This document shows positions 23,167 to 32,298 of a stretch of 62,273 nucleotides of DNA, in pieces. Under the pieces are notes generated by a model that did not search any database, was not told the origin of the DNA, and saw only the letters and a program-made list of their open reading frames with translations. Within the stretch, counting starts at the first letter, position 1. Each line of letters begins with the position of its first letter. Source of the DNA: Vicinamibacteraceae bacterium (lineage in GTDB: Bacteria > Acidobacteriota > Vicinamibacteria > Marinacidobacterales > Marinacidobacteraceae); NCBI GenBank assembly GCA_012271265.1, contig JAAXGQ010000005.1, positions 1 through 62,273 of the forward strand. Direction: 5' to 3'. The translations under genes were made by a program, and so were the position numbers.

Positions 23167-23978
23167 ACGGCGCCGGTGGACGGATGCTCCTCGTCCTGCT
23201 CGCAGCCGGGCCGGGGACGCTCCCCGCCGAACGGGCGGCCGCGGATCCGGCGGCGCTGGAGCAGGCGGCGCGCCTCTATGACGCCGGAGACGCGGCGGGG
23301 GCCGCGGAGATCTGGGAGCGCCTGCTTCGCGACGAGGACGCGGACCTCGATCGCGCCGCGCTCCACTACAACCTCGGCAACGCGGCGTTCCGCAACGGGC
23401 GGCTGGGGCAGGCGATGCTGGAGTGGGAGCGGTCCTTCGCGCTCCGGCCGAGGGACGGCGATGTCCTCCGGAATCTCGCCCTCGCGCGGGAGATTCTCGA
23501 CGAGCGTCTCGCCGCCGCCGCGGCCTCGGGCGAGGGGGACGCCTTCGCCCTCGAACTGCGCAGCGCGATGAGCGGCGTCGGCGCGGCGCTCAGACGAACT
23601 TCTCCCGAGCGGTTCGCGGCGTGGCTGGTCGCCGCCGCCCTGACGGCCGGCGGGCTGGTGACCATGCTCCTCCTCCGCCTCGGCCGGCGCCGCCTGGTGA
23701 TCTCTGGCCTGGTCGTGACCCTGCTTGCGGCGTCCGCGTCCGGGACCCTGCTGGCGGTCCGTCTTGGCGCCCCGCCGCTCGCGGTGGTCGTGGAGCCCGG
23801 CGCGGCGCTCCGCAGCGGCCCGGCCGCAACCTTTCCGCAGCTCGCCGCGCTTCCCGAGGGCCTCTACCTGGAACTGAGTCCCCGAGGCGAGGCCACCGGG
23901 CCGGGCTTCCACCGCGTGGTCGCCGCCGGAATCGCCGGCTACGCAGAATCCGACGCGGTGGCGCCCATCCGCGAATAG
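23163..23978 (+). CDS. batE: BatE-like TPR/SH3-type protein
   Basis: ATGA overlap, TPR segment LHYNLGNAAFRNGRLGQAMLEWERSFALRP, TM segments, and last position in the Bat operon. Confidence 0.7.
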   Translation: MNGAGGRMLLVLLAAGPGTLPAERAAADPAALEQAARLYDAGDAAGAAEIWERLLRDEDADLDRAALHYNLGNAAFRNGRLGQAMLEWERSFALRPRDGDVLRNLALAREILDERLAAAAASGEGDAFALELRSAMSGVGAALRRTSPERFAAWLVAAALTAGGLVTMLLLRLGRRRLVISGLVVTLLAASASGTLLAVRLGAPPLAVVVEPGAALRSGPAATFPQLAALPEGLYLELSPRGEATGPGFHRVVAAGIAGYAESDAVAPIRE

Positions 23979-24043
23979 CGGGGTCCGGGCGCCCGCTCCG
24001 GGGGTCGTTTCGGGCGGGATCGGGACTCGGGAGACAATGGGGC

Positions 24044-25396
24044 ATGGCCGTTTCTCCGAAGTCCCCGCTCAGCCGCCGCCGCCTCCTCAGGGAGGTGGCG
24101 CCCGGAGCCGCCGCCATGGTCGCGGCGGCGCCGTTCAGCTTCGCCGGGCGCCGGGGTCCTACTGCTGCCGGGAGCGACCAGGTCGCCGCCGCGCGGATCA
24201 CGGCGCGCATGGAGACCATCGCCAGGTTCGGGGCCACGCCGGCCGGCGGCGGCTCCCGGACCGGGGGCAGCGACGCCGATCTGGCCGCCCGGGCAGCCTT
24301 CGCCGGGTGGCTCGAGGACGCCGGCCTCACGGTCCGCATCGATTTCGCCGGCAATCTGATCGGCCGGCTCGAGGGCTCGGAGCCCGCACTTCCTCCACTC
24401 GTGAGCGGCTCCCATCTGGACTCGGTTCCCGACGGAGGCAACTTCGACGGGGTGGCGGGGTCCATCGCGGCGCTCGAAGCGGCGGAGGTCTTTCAGTCCG
24501 GCGCTCCGCTCTGCCATCCGCTGGAGGTCGTCGTCTTCTTCAACGAGGAAAACGGCAAGACCGGAAGCCGCGCCCTCGCCGGCGAGGTCACCCCGGAGGA
24601 GCTCGACCTGCCTCTCCACGGCGGCTTCTCGATGGGGGAGGCTCTGGCCCGGGTGGGCGGGAGCCCGGAACGGATCACCGAAGCGCCGTTGTCCCCCGGG
24701 GATGTGGCCGGATACCTCGAGCTGCACATCGAGCAGGGACCGGTGCTGGACACCGAGGGGATCGAGATCGGCGCCGTGGAAGGGATCGTGGGCATCCGCC
24801 GCTTCCGGGTCACCGTTTCCGGCTTCGCCAACCACGCCGGCACGACGGCGATGGCCATCCGTCGCGACGCCCTGGTCACCGCCGGGCGCTTCATCGCCGC
24901 GGTGAGCGACGAAACGAACCGCTGGCCCGGACGCCAGGTGGCGACCGTGGGCCGGATCGAGGCGGAGCCGGGGGCGGCGAACGTGATTCCCGGCGAGGTC
25001 GAGCTGAGCCTTGAGATTCGCGACCTGCGGATGGAAACGATCGACGCCCTCTACGACCACCTGCGGCAGGCCGGCAGCGAGATCGCGGCCCGGAACCAGA
25101 CCACGATGCGCTTCGAGCCCTACTACCTGAGTCGGGCCGCGCCGTGCGATACGGCCTACGTGGACCTGGTGGCCGCCACGGCCGATGATCTGGGCTGCTC
25201 CGTCGCGCGCCTTCCCTCCGGGGCCGGCCACGACGCGCAGTCCATGGCCCCACTCGCTCCGATCGGCATGATCTTCGTGCCGAGCCGGGACGGAATCAGC
25301 CACTCACCGCGCGAGTTCACCCCGATGGAGGACATCGTCCGAGGCGCGCAGGCGCTCACCGCCGCGCTTCGCCGGCTTGACGGAGTCGCAGGCTGA
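24044..25396 (+). CDS. M20-family Zn-dependent amidohydrolase (allantoate amidohydrolase / N-carbamoyl-L-amino-acid hydrolase type) with Tat signal
   Basis: SRRRLL twin-arginine motif, SGSHLDSVPDGGNFDGVAGSIAALE and GAGHDAQ. SD-like gggaga lies upstream of the ATG at 24044. Confidence 0.85.
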   Translation: MAVSPKSPLSRRRLLREVAPGAAAMVAAAPFSFAGRRGPTAAGSDQVAAARITARMETIARFGATPAGGGSRTGGSDADLAARAAFAGWLEDAGLTVRIDFAGNLIGRLEGSEPALPPLVSGSHLDSVPDGGNFDGVAGSIAALEAAEVFQSGAPLCHPLEVVVFFNEENGKTGSRALAGEVTPEELDLPLHGGFSMGEALARVGGSPERITEAPLSPGDVAGYLELHIEQGPVLDTEGIEIGAVEGIVGIRRFRVTVSGFANHAGTTAMAIRRDALVTAGRFIAAVSDETNRWPGRQVATVGRIEAEPGAANVIPGEVELSLEIRDLRMETIDALYDHLRQAGSEIAARNQTTMRFEPYYLSRAAPCDTAYVDLVAATADDLGCSVARLPSGAGHDAQSMAPLAPIGMIFVPSRDGISHSPREFTPMEDIVRGAQALTAALRRLDGVAG

Positions 25397-25479
25397 GCCG
25401 TCCCCGCCGCATCGGCCGGCGCTCCCTCCTTCGGGCGCAGGTCTTCGGCGATCTCACCCCCGAGGGGTACGCCGCCTGG

Positions 25480-26571
25480 GTGGCCGACTACCGCGCCGGC
25501 CGCCGGATCGAAACGATCCGCCGGACCCGTGCCTATGGACCCTCCGCCCTCCGGGCCGCCCAGCAGGCGTATCTCGACGCCCTGCCGCCGCCGGAGACGG
25601 CCCCCGGCTTCAGGGCGCGCCTGGCCTCGGCGCTTCTCCATGCCGACGCCGTCGCGCAGCTGGCGCTCGGGCGCTACCGCCCGACGGTCGACCAGGTCAC
25701 CTTCGTCCAGCTGGACCAGCGTCGGAGCCCGGCCGAACGCCGCCGGCGCAGCCGCCCCCAGAACCCGTTCCACGACCTCCTCCGGGGTCCCCTCGCCGAG
25801 CTGCCGGAGCACTGGCCCGCCGGCACGGAGCATCTTCGCGGCGAGCTGGCGGCGGCGTGGGGACCGGCTCTGACCTCGAGGCCGGAGGAGGCTCTCGTCC
25901 GCGAACTCGTGCTCGGCGCAGCCCGGGCGCGCTTCGCGCGGCTGGACGTGGTCACGGCCTCCGGGATCCTGGAAGTGGAGGAATCCGGCCGCGACCCGGT
26001 GCTTGTCTGGCAGCTCGCCTCCGTGCGGGCCGCCCGGGCCCGGCTCGTCCGGGAAGACGGGCTCTGGCGGCAGGTCACGGGCGGGTTCTCCGAGGCGGAA
26101 TCGCGGTCCCGGGGCAGCGCCGCCGCGCTTCGACGCTCGCCCCGGACCGCGGCGGTCGCGCTCGGCGACCCCGACGACCGCAACCTGCGGCTGGCGCTGG
26201 TCGCTCTGGGGCAGAACCAGGCTTCGCGCGCCCGCTCCCGGCTTCGCGACGTCACTCCCGAGCCGGCGCCCAGGCTGCGGGTCCCCAAGCTGCTGCTCGA
26301 GGCCGAACTCCGATTGTCCGAGAGTCGCTTCGCGCCCGCCGCCGCTGGACTCGAAGCGGCGGCGCGGCTCTCGCCCGATTCCCAGGCCGTCGTGGCGGCG
26401 CTGGTCGTCTCGCTGCAGGCCGCCGGCCGCCGCGACGTGGCCGCGGCCCTCGCCTCCGACTTTCTCGCGCTCGACGATCGGACCCAGCCGTGGATGAGCT
26501 TCCTGATGACCTGGGCCGAGACGCGGGATCCGGGGCTGGAGCTCCTCCGCCTCGCGGTGGAGAGCGGATGA
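25480..26571 (+). CDS. Hypothetical helical protein, upstream partner of vWA gene
   Basis: 363-aa ORF with protein-like composition whose stop overlaps the vWA start (ATGA). Its C-terminal half resembles that of 29279..30298. Confidence 0.55.
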   Translation: MADYRAGRRIETIRRTRAYGPSALRAAQQAYLDALPPPETAPGFRARLASALLHADAVAQLALGRYRPTVDQVTFVQLDQRRSPAERRRRSRPQNPFHDLLRGPLAELPEHWPAGTEHLRGELAAAWGPALTSRPEEALVRELVLGAARARFARLDVVTASGILEVEESGRDPVLVWQLASVRAARARLVREDGLWRQVTGGFSEAESRSRGSAAALRRSPRTAAVALGDPDDRNLRLALVALGQNQASRARSRLRDVTPEPAPRLRVPKLLLEAELRLSESRFAPAAAGLEAAARLSPDSQAVVAALVVSLQAAGRRDVAAALASDFLALDDRTQPWMSFLMTWAETRDPGLELLRLAVESG

Positions 26572-27458
26572 CGGCGCGCGGCCGGCTCCCCGTGCCGCTG
26601 GCGCTCGCGGCGTTTGCGGCGGCTCTGGTCGCGAAGTCGGCGGCTCCGCAGTTCCGCTCGGAGACCCGCGCCGTTCTCGTGGACGTGTCGGTGACCCGCG
26701 ACGGCGCCGTGCGCGGTCTCGGTGAAGCCGACTTCGAGCTCCTCGTGGCCGGGGAACGCACCCCGTTCCGGATGCTCGATCCGGAGTCGCTTCCGCTTGC
26801 GGTGCTCTTTGCGATGGACGAGAGCGGCAGCACCCGCGGCGACCGCCGCCGCCGACTCGCCGAAGGCGCCCGCTTCTTCGCCGGGGCGCTCACCGAGCGG
26901 GATGCCTGCGGCGTGACCGCCTTTTCCATGGCCGTTCGCTGGGTGCGCGAGTTCCAGCCCTGCGGCCCGGCGATCGGGGAACGGCTGCTGCAGTCGGCCT
27001 CGGGCGGCGCCACGGCGCTCTGGGACGGCATCGCACTCTCCCTCGCCGCGCTCGACCAGGGGCAGGGGAGGCCGGTGCTCCTCCTCTTCACCGACGGCCA
27101 GGACAACCACAGCTGGGTCCGGGAGGATCACCTGCGGCGCTCGGTGGCGGGCTCCGAAGCCCTGTTCTACGCGATCGTGGCCCAGCCGCCGCGCCCGTCG
27201 CGGGCGGTGCGGGTGAACAGCGCCGGGTTCGCGCTGCTCGAGGAACTCGCCGAAGCGACCGGGGGCCGGGTACTCCGGATCACTTCCGACGAAGGGCTGC
27301 GGGCGGCCTACCAGGAGGTGCTCGAGGAACTCCGCGTCCGTTACGTCCTCGCCTTCACCCCCGATCCGTCCCGGCGCGGCTTTGTCCCGATCGAGGTCCG
27401 GGTCCGCCAGCGCGGCGCCGAGGTCCGGGCCCGCGCCGGCTACGCCGCCCGCCCCTGA
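26568..27458 (+). CDS. vWA-domain protein, TIGR03436 (acidobacterial-type VWFA) architecture
   Basis: Signal/TM LPVPLALAAFAAALVA, N-terminal beta domain (AVLVDVSVTRDG..GLGEADFELLV), MIDAS DESGS and LLLFTDGQDN. Confidence 0.85.
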   Translation: MTARGRLPVPLALAAFAAALVAKSAAPQFRSETRAVLVDVSVTRDGAVRGLGEADFELLVAGERTPFRMLDPESLPLAVLFAMDESGSTRGDRRRRLAEGARFFAGALTERDACGVTAFSMAVRWVREFQPCGPAIGERLLQSASGGATALWDGIALSLAALDQGQGRPVLLLFTDGQDNHSWVREDHLRRSVAGSEALFYAIVAQPPRPSRAVRVNSAGFALLEELAEATGGRVLRITSDEGLRAAYQEVLEELRVRYVLAFTPDPSRRGFVPIEVRVRQRGAEVRARAGYAARP

Positions 27459-27471
27459 ACGCCGGAGGGCG

Positions 27472-27915
27472 TCAGGCGCCCTCGCCCGAAGCCGACGGGT
27501 CGGTCGTGATCCGCGCGCTCCAGCGGAAGGCGGTGTCCGGCGCGAGCGAGTGGAGCACGCTGCAGTACTTGTCGAAGGAGAGCTGCACCGACCGTTCGAG
27601 CCGGTCGGGGGTCGTGGCGCCGCCAACGGCGGTGAAGTCCAGCCGGATGCGGACGAAGCGGCGTGGATGATCATCGGCGCGCGCCCCCCGGACGCTCGCC
27701 AGCAGGCGATCCGGGCTGTTCCGCATCCGCTTCAGAATGAGGACCACGTCGATCGCCATGCAGCCCGCGAGCGCCGCCAGCAGCGTCTCCATCGGCGACG
27801 CTCCGGCCTTCGCGGTGCTGTCGAGGGCGAGCGTTGCTCCGCTCGGCGTCGCCACGGAATACCCGGAGCCGCCCTTCCATTCGAGATCGATCCGCATCGT
27901 GTCCGTGTCTGCCAT
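27472..27915 (-). CDS. OsmC/Ohr-family peroxiredoxin-like protein
   Basis: SPMETLLAALAGCMAIDVV and the SFDKYCSVLHSL motifs carry the two conserved Cys. Start chosen at MADTDTMRIDLEW, 8 nt after the KAS stop. Confidence 0.85.
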   Translation of the reverse strand: MADTDTMRIDLEWKGGSGYSVATPSGATLALDSTAKAGASPMETLLAALAGCMAIDVVLILKRMRNSPDRLLASVRGARADDHPRRFVRIRLDFTAVGGATTPDRLERSVQLSFDKYCSVLHSLAPDTAFRWSARITTDPSASGEGA

Positions 27916-27923
27916 GGCGTGGT

Positions 27924-29165
27924 CTACGCCTCCCGGTTGAGGACCAGGGTCACGTTGGTGCCGCCGAAACCGAACGAGTTGGAAAGCGCCCACTCTGCCT
28001 CGGTGGAGGTCGGGCGGAGGACCGGCGGGTAGTCGAAGAGCTCCGGATCGAGCGGTTCGGCGTTCACCGAGGGCGCCAGCCAGCCGCCCTGCAGCATGAG
28101 CAGGCTGAAGGCCACTTCGAGCGAACCGGCCGCCGAGACCGTGTGGCAGGTATAGCCCTTGGTCGAGCCGTAGGGAACCAGCCGGTCCCCGAACACCCGC
28201 CGCACCGCCCGCACCTCCGACACATCGCCCAGCGGGGTGGAGGTGCCATGGGTGTTCAGATAGCCGACAGCGCCGGGATCGAGACCGGCATGTGCCAGCG
28301 CCCGCCCCATGGCCAGCTCGGCGCCGGTGCTGTCCGGAGCCACCATCTCGCCGGTTCCGTCGGTGGACATGCCGAAGCCCCGGATGGAACCCAGGATCGG
28401 GGCGCCCCGGCGCTCCGCCGCCTCCCTTGCCTCGAGCACCAGGAGGCCGGCGCCCTCACCGAAGACGAAGCCCGCCCGATCGGCGGCGTAGGGGCGGGAG
28501 GCGCGCTCGGGGCGATGGTTGTCCACCGTGGTGTACGCCTTCATGGAGTCGAAGCCGAGGTGAAAGTGAACGTCCTCCGCCTCGACCCCGCCCGCGATCG
28601 CCGCGTCCACGATCCCCTCCCGGATCCACGACGCGGCGACAAGCAGGTTGTAAGCGCCTCCGGCGCACGCCGCGGTGAGGGAAACCGACGGGCCCGTGGT
28701 GCGCAGCACCGAGGCGAGGTTCGCCGAGACGGTCGAGGCCATGATCTTCGGAATCGTGGTGGGGAGAACCCGCACCCGGCCGCCTCGCTCCAGTCTCCTG
28801 GTCACCTGCCGGTGGGTCGTGATCTCGCCGGTGCCGCTTCCGACGACCACCGCCATCTCGCGGGTGGGAGCGCCGGACTGATCCAGCGCCAGCCGCGCGG
28901 CCCGCACCGCGAGAAGGGACATCCGCCCCATAAACCGCTTCTGCGAGCGGGTCAGTCCCAGCTGCTTCGGATTCAGGGCGCCGTGGTAGGCCCCGAGAAT
29001 CCGGCAGCCGGTGCGCGCCCGGACGCCCGGCTCGTAGACCGATGCCTCGACACAGCTTCCCGCCCGGAGGACATCCTCGTGTTCACGGGTCCCGGTCCCG
29101 ACCTGGGAGAGCAGCCCCATCCCGGTCACGACCGGGTCGCGCGGGGAGGCAGCAGGAGGGGACAA
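27924..29165 (-). CDS. Beta-ketoacyl-ACP synthase (KAS I/II, FabF-like)
   Basis: VVTGMG N-terminus, active-site AACAGG, NTHGTSTPLGD and SNSFGFGGTNVTLVL. Start uncertain: TTG at 29165 is preferred, and the maximal ORF runs to 29276. Confidence 0.85.
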   Translation of the reverse strand: MSPPAASPRDPVVTGMGLLSQVGTGTREHEDVLRAGSCVEASVYEPGVRARTGCRILGAYHGALNPKQLGLTRSQKRFMGRMSLLAVRAARLALDQSGAPTREMAVVVGSGTGEITTHRQVTRRLERGGRVRVLPTTIPKIMASTVSANLASVLRTTGPSVSLTAACAGGAYNLLVAASWIREGIVDAAIAGGVEAEDVHFHLGFDSMKAYTTVDNHRPERASRPYAADRAGFVFGEGAGLLVLEAREAAERRGAPILGSIRGFGMSTDGTGEMVAPDSTGAELAMGRALAHAGLDPGAVGYLNTHGTSTPLGDVSEVRAVRRVFGDRLVPYGSTKGYTCHTVSAAGSLEVAFSLLMLQGGWLAPSVNAEPLDPELFDYPPVLRPTSTEAEWALSNSFGFGGTNVTLVLNREA

Positions 29166-29278
29166 GCAGCGTGTCGGCGCGCGCCGGCGCCGGCCCGGCG
29201 GCGGACGCCGCCTTCGCGCGAACCTTACATGCGGCCATCGCTCCATGGCCGTCGTTCCATGTAGTCTTGCCGTCACTC

Positions 29279-30298
29279 ATGCCGCGGATGCCTCGTGGGC
29301 TCTTCATCCCTGTCCTCGTCGTCCTCGTCGTCTGCGCCGTCTTCGTCGCTCCCGCCCCGGCCGCGGCGCAGGGTCGTCTCGACATGGACGACTACCTGGC
29401 GCTGCTCGCGGAGACCCGCGAGGGACTCTTCATCACCTCGGGCCGCGCCCTCGCCGGCTACGAGTCGCAGTCGGTGGAGCGCGTCGCCCACGACTTCCTG
29501 GCCGGGTCCCCCACCGACGAGGACCTCAAGCGCGCGGCGCTCCTCCACACCGAGGCCGCCGGGCATGCCGTCGGAGAGCTCCACCTCCGGCTCGGCAGCG
29601 ACCTGCTCCAGGCGCTTGCCGATCCGGCCGTCCGCACCGAGTGGCTCCGCCGCTGGTGGCTCGCCGTCGGCTACTCCTTCCAGCTCCAGCTCGCGACATC
29701 GAGCGGCGTGGCTGCCTTCGAGGCGGCGCTCGACGACCTGCCCGGGGACCGCGACATCCGGGTGGCGTTCGTCTCCGCGCTCTGGATGTTCGGGCGGCAA
29801 CGGGAAGAACCCGCGTACCTCGAACGCGCCTACCAGCTTCTCACCGAGCTGCTCGAAGAGACTCCCGATGATGCTCCGCTCCTGATTCAGCGCGCCGGGG
29901 TGCTCCTCGACTACGGGCTCCTCGATGACGCGCGGGAGCAGGTCGAAGCGCTGGAGGGAGCGCGGATCGGCGCCTTGCCGAGGCTGGCGCTGCTGATGAT
30001 CGACGGGGAGGCGGCGCTTTCCGAAGGCGACTTCGTCGCCGCCGAGGCCGCGTTCGCGCAGGCGGTGCGCCGGGCCCGCCGCTCCCCCGCCGCAAACGCC
30101 GGTCTCGTCGCCGCGCGCCTCAGCCTCGGCGATGTGGAGGGCGCCGCCGAAGCCGCCGCCGCGGCGCTGTCCCGCCGGGTGTCCGGCTGGGAGCCGGAGT
30201 GGCGTTACTGGCTGGGGCCAGCCCTCGAGTACCAGGAGATGTTCCAGGCGATGAAGGACGAAGTGCGGGCTTCCGGGCCCGGCGGAGACTCCCGGTGA
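29279..30298 (+). CDS. Secreted helical/TPR-like protein, upstream partner of vWA gene
   Basis: Signal peptide MPRMPRGLFIPVLVVLVVCAVFVAPAPAAAQ, helical-repeat composition, and a stop overlapping the next gene (GTGA). Confidence 0.65.
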   Translation: MPRMPRGLFIPVLVVLVVCAVFVAPAPAAAQGRLDMDDYLALLAETREGLFITSGRALAGYESQSVERVAHDFLAGSPTDEDLKRAALLHTEAAGHAVGELHLRLGSDLLQALADPAVRTEWLRRWWLAVGYSFQLQLATSSGVAAFEAALDDLPGDRDIRVAFVSALWMFGRQREEPAYLERAYQLLTELLEETPDDAPLLIQRAGVLLDYGLLDDAREQVEALEGARIGALPRLALLMIDGEAALSEGDFVAAEAAFAQAVRRARRSPAANAGLVAARLSLGDVEGAAEAAAAALSRRVSGWEPEWRYWLGPALEYQEMFQAMKDEVRASGPGGDSR

Positions 30299-31113
30299 CC
30301 CGCGCCGCAGCGACCTTCGCCCTGCTCATCGGGGCAACGTTCACCGGGGCATCCGCCGTGAGCGCCCAGGACCCGCCGGCGCCCCGGATGGGACGGGTGC
30401 CGCCGGAGCTGCTGCGGAGCCAGGATGAGCTGCCCCGGCCGGTGTGGACCGGGGAGGAGCCCCTGTACGTCCTCGCGGTGGCGGACCTGAGTTCGAGCGT
30501 CTCCGGCGCCCGGCTCCGCGCCCTGACGTCCGGGCTGAGCGCGCTCTTCGGGTCCCTCGAGGCCGACGACCGCTGCGCCCTTCTCACCTTCTCGCGTTCC
30601 GTCGAGCTCCATGCCGGCTGGGACGGAACCTGCGCCGATGCGATCGCCGGCGCCGAAGGGCTGCGGAGTGGGGGACCCGCGGCCCTGAACAACGCCCTCA
30701 CCCTCGCCTTCGGCCTGCTCGCGAACGTGCCCGGCCGGCCGGTGCTCGTCATCTTCACGGATGGCGTGGACGGGGCCAGCTGGGCCCGGGACGCCTGGCC
30801 GCTCTTCGCCGCCGGAGCGGTCCCGCCGACGGTCCTCTCGGTGACCGCGCCCCCGGGCCTGACCGGCTCCGGGCGGGTTGGCGGGCTCTACGGCTCCATC
30901 GGCGCCGAGGATCTGGCGAAGCAGATCAACTTCGAGGGCCGCCACCTCCAGGACTCCGGGCGTGACCTCCGGGGACTGCGGAACTCGGATCCCTTCTGGG
31001 TGCTCACCCAACTGGCGGAATCGAGCGAGGGGCAGATCGTCCGCACCTCCGGCGACGCGGAGGAGATCGAAGACGCCCTCTCCAGCCTCCTGAACTTCCT
31101 GCAGCCGGGCTAG
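30295..31113 (+). CDS. Secreted vWA-domain protein (paralogous architecture to 26568..27458)
   Basis: Signal peptide, MIDAS DLSSS (VLAVADLSSS), GGPAALNNALTLAF and PVLVIFTDGVDG. Confidence 0.8.
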   Translation: MTRAAATFALLIGATFTGASAVSAQDPPAPRMGRVPPELLRSQDELPRPVWTGEEPLYVLAVADLSSSVSGARLRALTSGLSALFGSLEADDRCALLTFSRSVELHAGWDGTCADAIAGAEGLRSGGPAALNNALTLAFGLLANVPGRPVLVIFTDGVDGASWARDAWPLFAAGAVPPTVLSVTAPPGLTGSGRVGGLYGSIGAEDLAKQINFEGRHLQDSGRDLRGLRNSDPFWVLTQLAESSEGQIVRTSGDAEEIEDALSSLLNFLQPG

Positions 31114-31134
31114 CCCGGGACCGGGAGGGAGGCC

Positions 31135-32298
31135 GTGCCGCCGGACGGCGCGCGCGAAGGCGGTCCCCTCCGCCGGCGGCCGGCCCGAGGCCGTGGCGCG
31201 CTTTCCAACCCCGCCGGGCGCTTCGAGCCGGTCCGGGAGGAACCTTTCGACGACGGTTGGGCGCGGGAGGGGGAGGAGACGGCCCTTCTTCCGGAGCGGA
31301 TCCCCACCGAGGTCATCCCCGACCGGACGAAGACCATCATCACCCGGAACGATTCTCCGGACGTTCCCTTCGACCGCTCGATCAACCCCTACCGGGGCTG
31401 CGAACACGGGTGCACCTATTGCTTTGCGCGGCCGAGCCACGCGTATCTCGGCTACTCCCCCGGTCTCGACTTCGAGACCCGGATCGTGGCGAAGCACAAG
31501 GCGGCCCGGCTTCTCCGGGTCGAGCTGCGCCGGAAGGGATACCGGCCGGGGACCCTGGCGCTCGGCTCGAACACCGACCCTTACCAGCCCGTCGAGCGGG
31601 AACTGAAGATCACCCGGTCCCTCCTGGAAGTGCTGGCCGAGGCGCGCCACCCGATCGGGGTCGTCACCAAGTCCGCGATGGTCCTCCGCGACCTCGACCT
31701 GATCGCCCCGATGGCCGAGGAGGGGCTCGCGCAGGTGATGATCTCGGTCACCACCCTCGATCCCCAGCTCGCCCGGCGGATGGAGCCCCGGGCGGCGGCG
31801 CCGGCGCGCCGGCTGGCCGCGATCCGGTCCCTCGCCAAAGCCGGCGTGCCGGTGGGTGTCCTGGCCTCACCGATGATCCCTGCCCTGAACGACAGCGAGC
31901 TGGAGGCGATTCTGGAGGCCGCCGCCGGGGCCGGCGCGCGGTCGGCGGGTTACATCCTGCTGCGGCTGCCGCACGAGCTGAAGGATCTCTTCTTCGAATG
32001 GCTCGAAGCCAACTACCCCACCCGGTCCGGACACGTCGAGAGCCTCCTCCGCGAGGCTCGCGGCGGGTCGCTCTACAAGGCCCGTTTCGGCGAACGGATG
32101 CGCGGGCGGGGGCCGTGGGCGGATCTCCTGGCGGCGCGCTTCCGGGTAGCGGCCCGCCGTGCCGGCCTCGTCGGGCGTCTCCCCCCGCTGCGCCTCGACC
32201 TCTTTCGTCCCCCCGCCGCGCCGAAGGACGACAAGCCCGCCGCGCCCTCGCTCTTCGCCCCGCCCCCTGCCGCCCAACCCGAGGAGAATCCCGCATGA
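31135..32298 (+). CDS. PA0069-family radical SAM protein
   Basis: SNPAGRFE...DDGW...NDSPDVPFDRSINPYRGCEHGCTYCFARPSH is the family signature with the CxxxCxxC cluster. An SD precedes the GTG start. Confidence 0.9.
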   Translation: MPPDGAREGGPLRRRPARGRGALSNPAGRFEPVREEPFDDGWAREGEETALLPERIPTEVIPDRTKTIITRNDSPDVPFDRSINPYRGCEHGCTYCFARPSHAYLGYSPGLDFETRIVAKHKAARLLRVELRRKGYRPGTLALGSNTDPYQPVERELKITRSLLEVLAEARHPIGVVTKSAMVLRDLDLIAPMAEEGLAQVMISVTTLDPQLARRMEPRAAAPARRLAAIRSLAKAGVPVGVLASPMIPALNDSELEAILEAAAGAGARSAGYILLRLPHELKDLFFEWLEANYPTRSGHVESLLREARGGSLYKARFGERMRGRGPWADLLAARFRVAARRAGLVGRLPPLRLDLFRPPAAPKDDKPAAPSLFAPPPAAQPEENPA

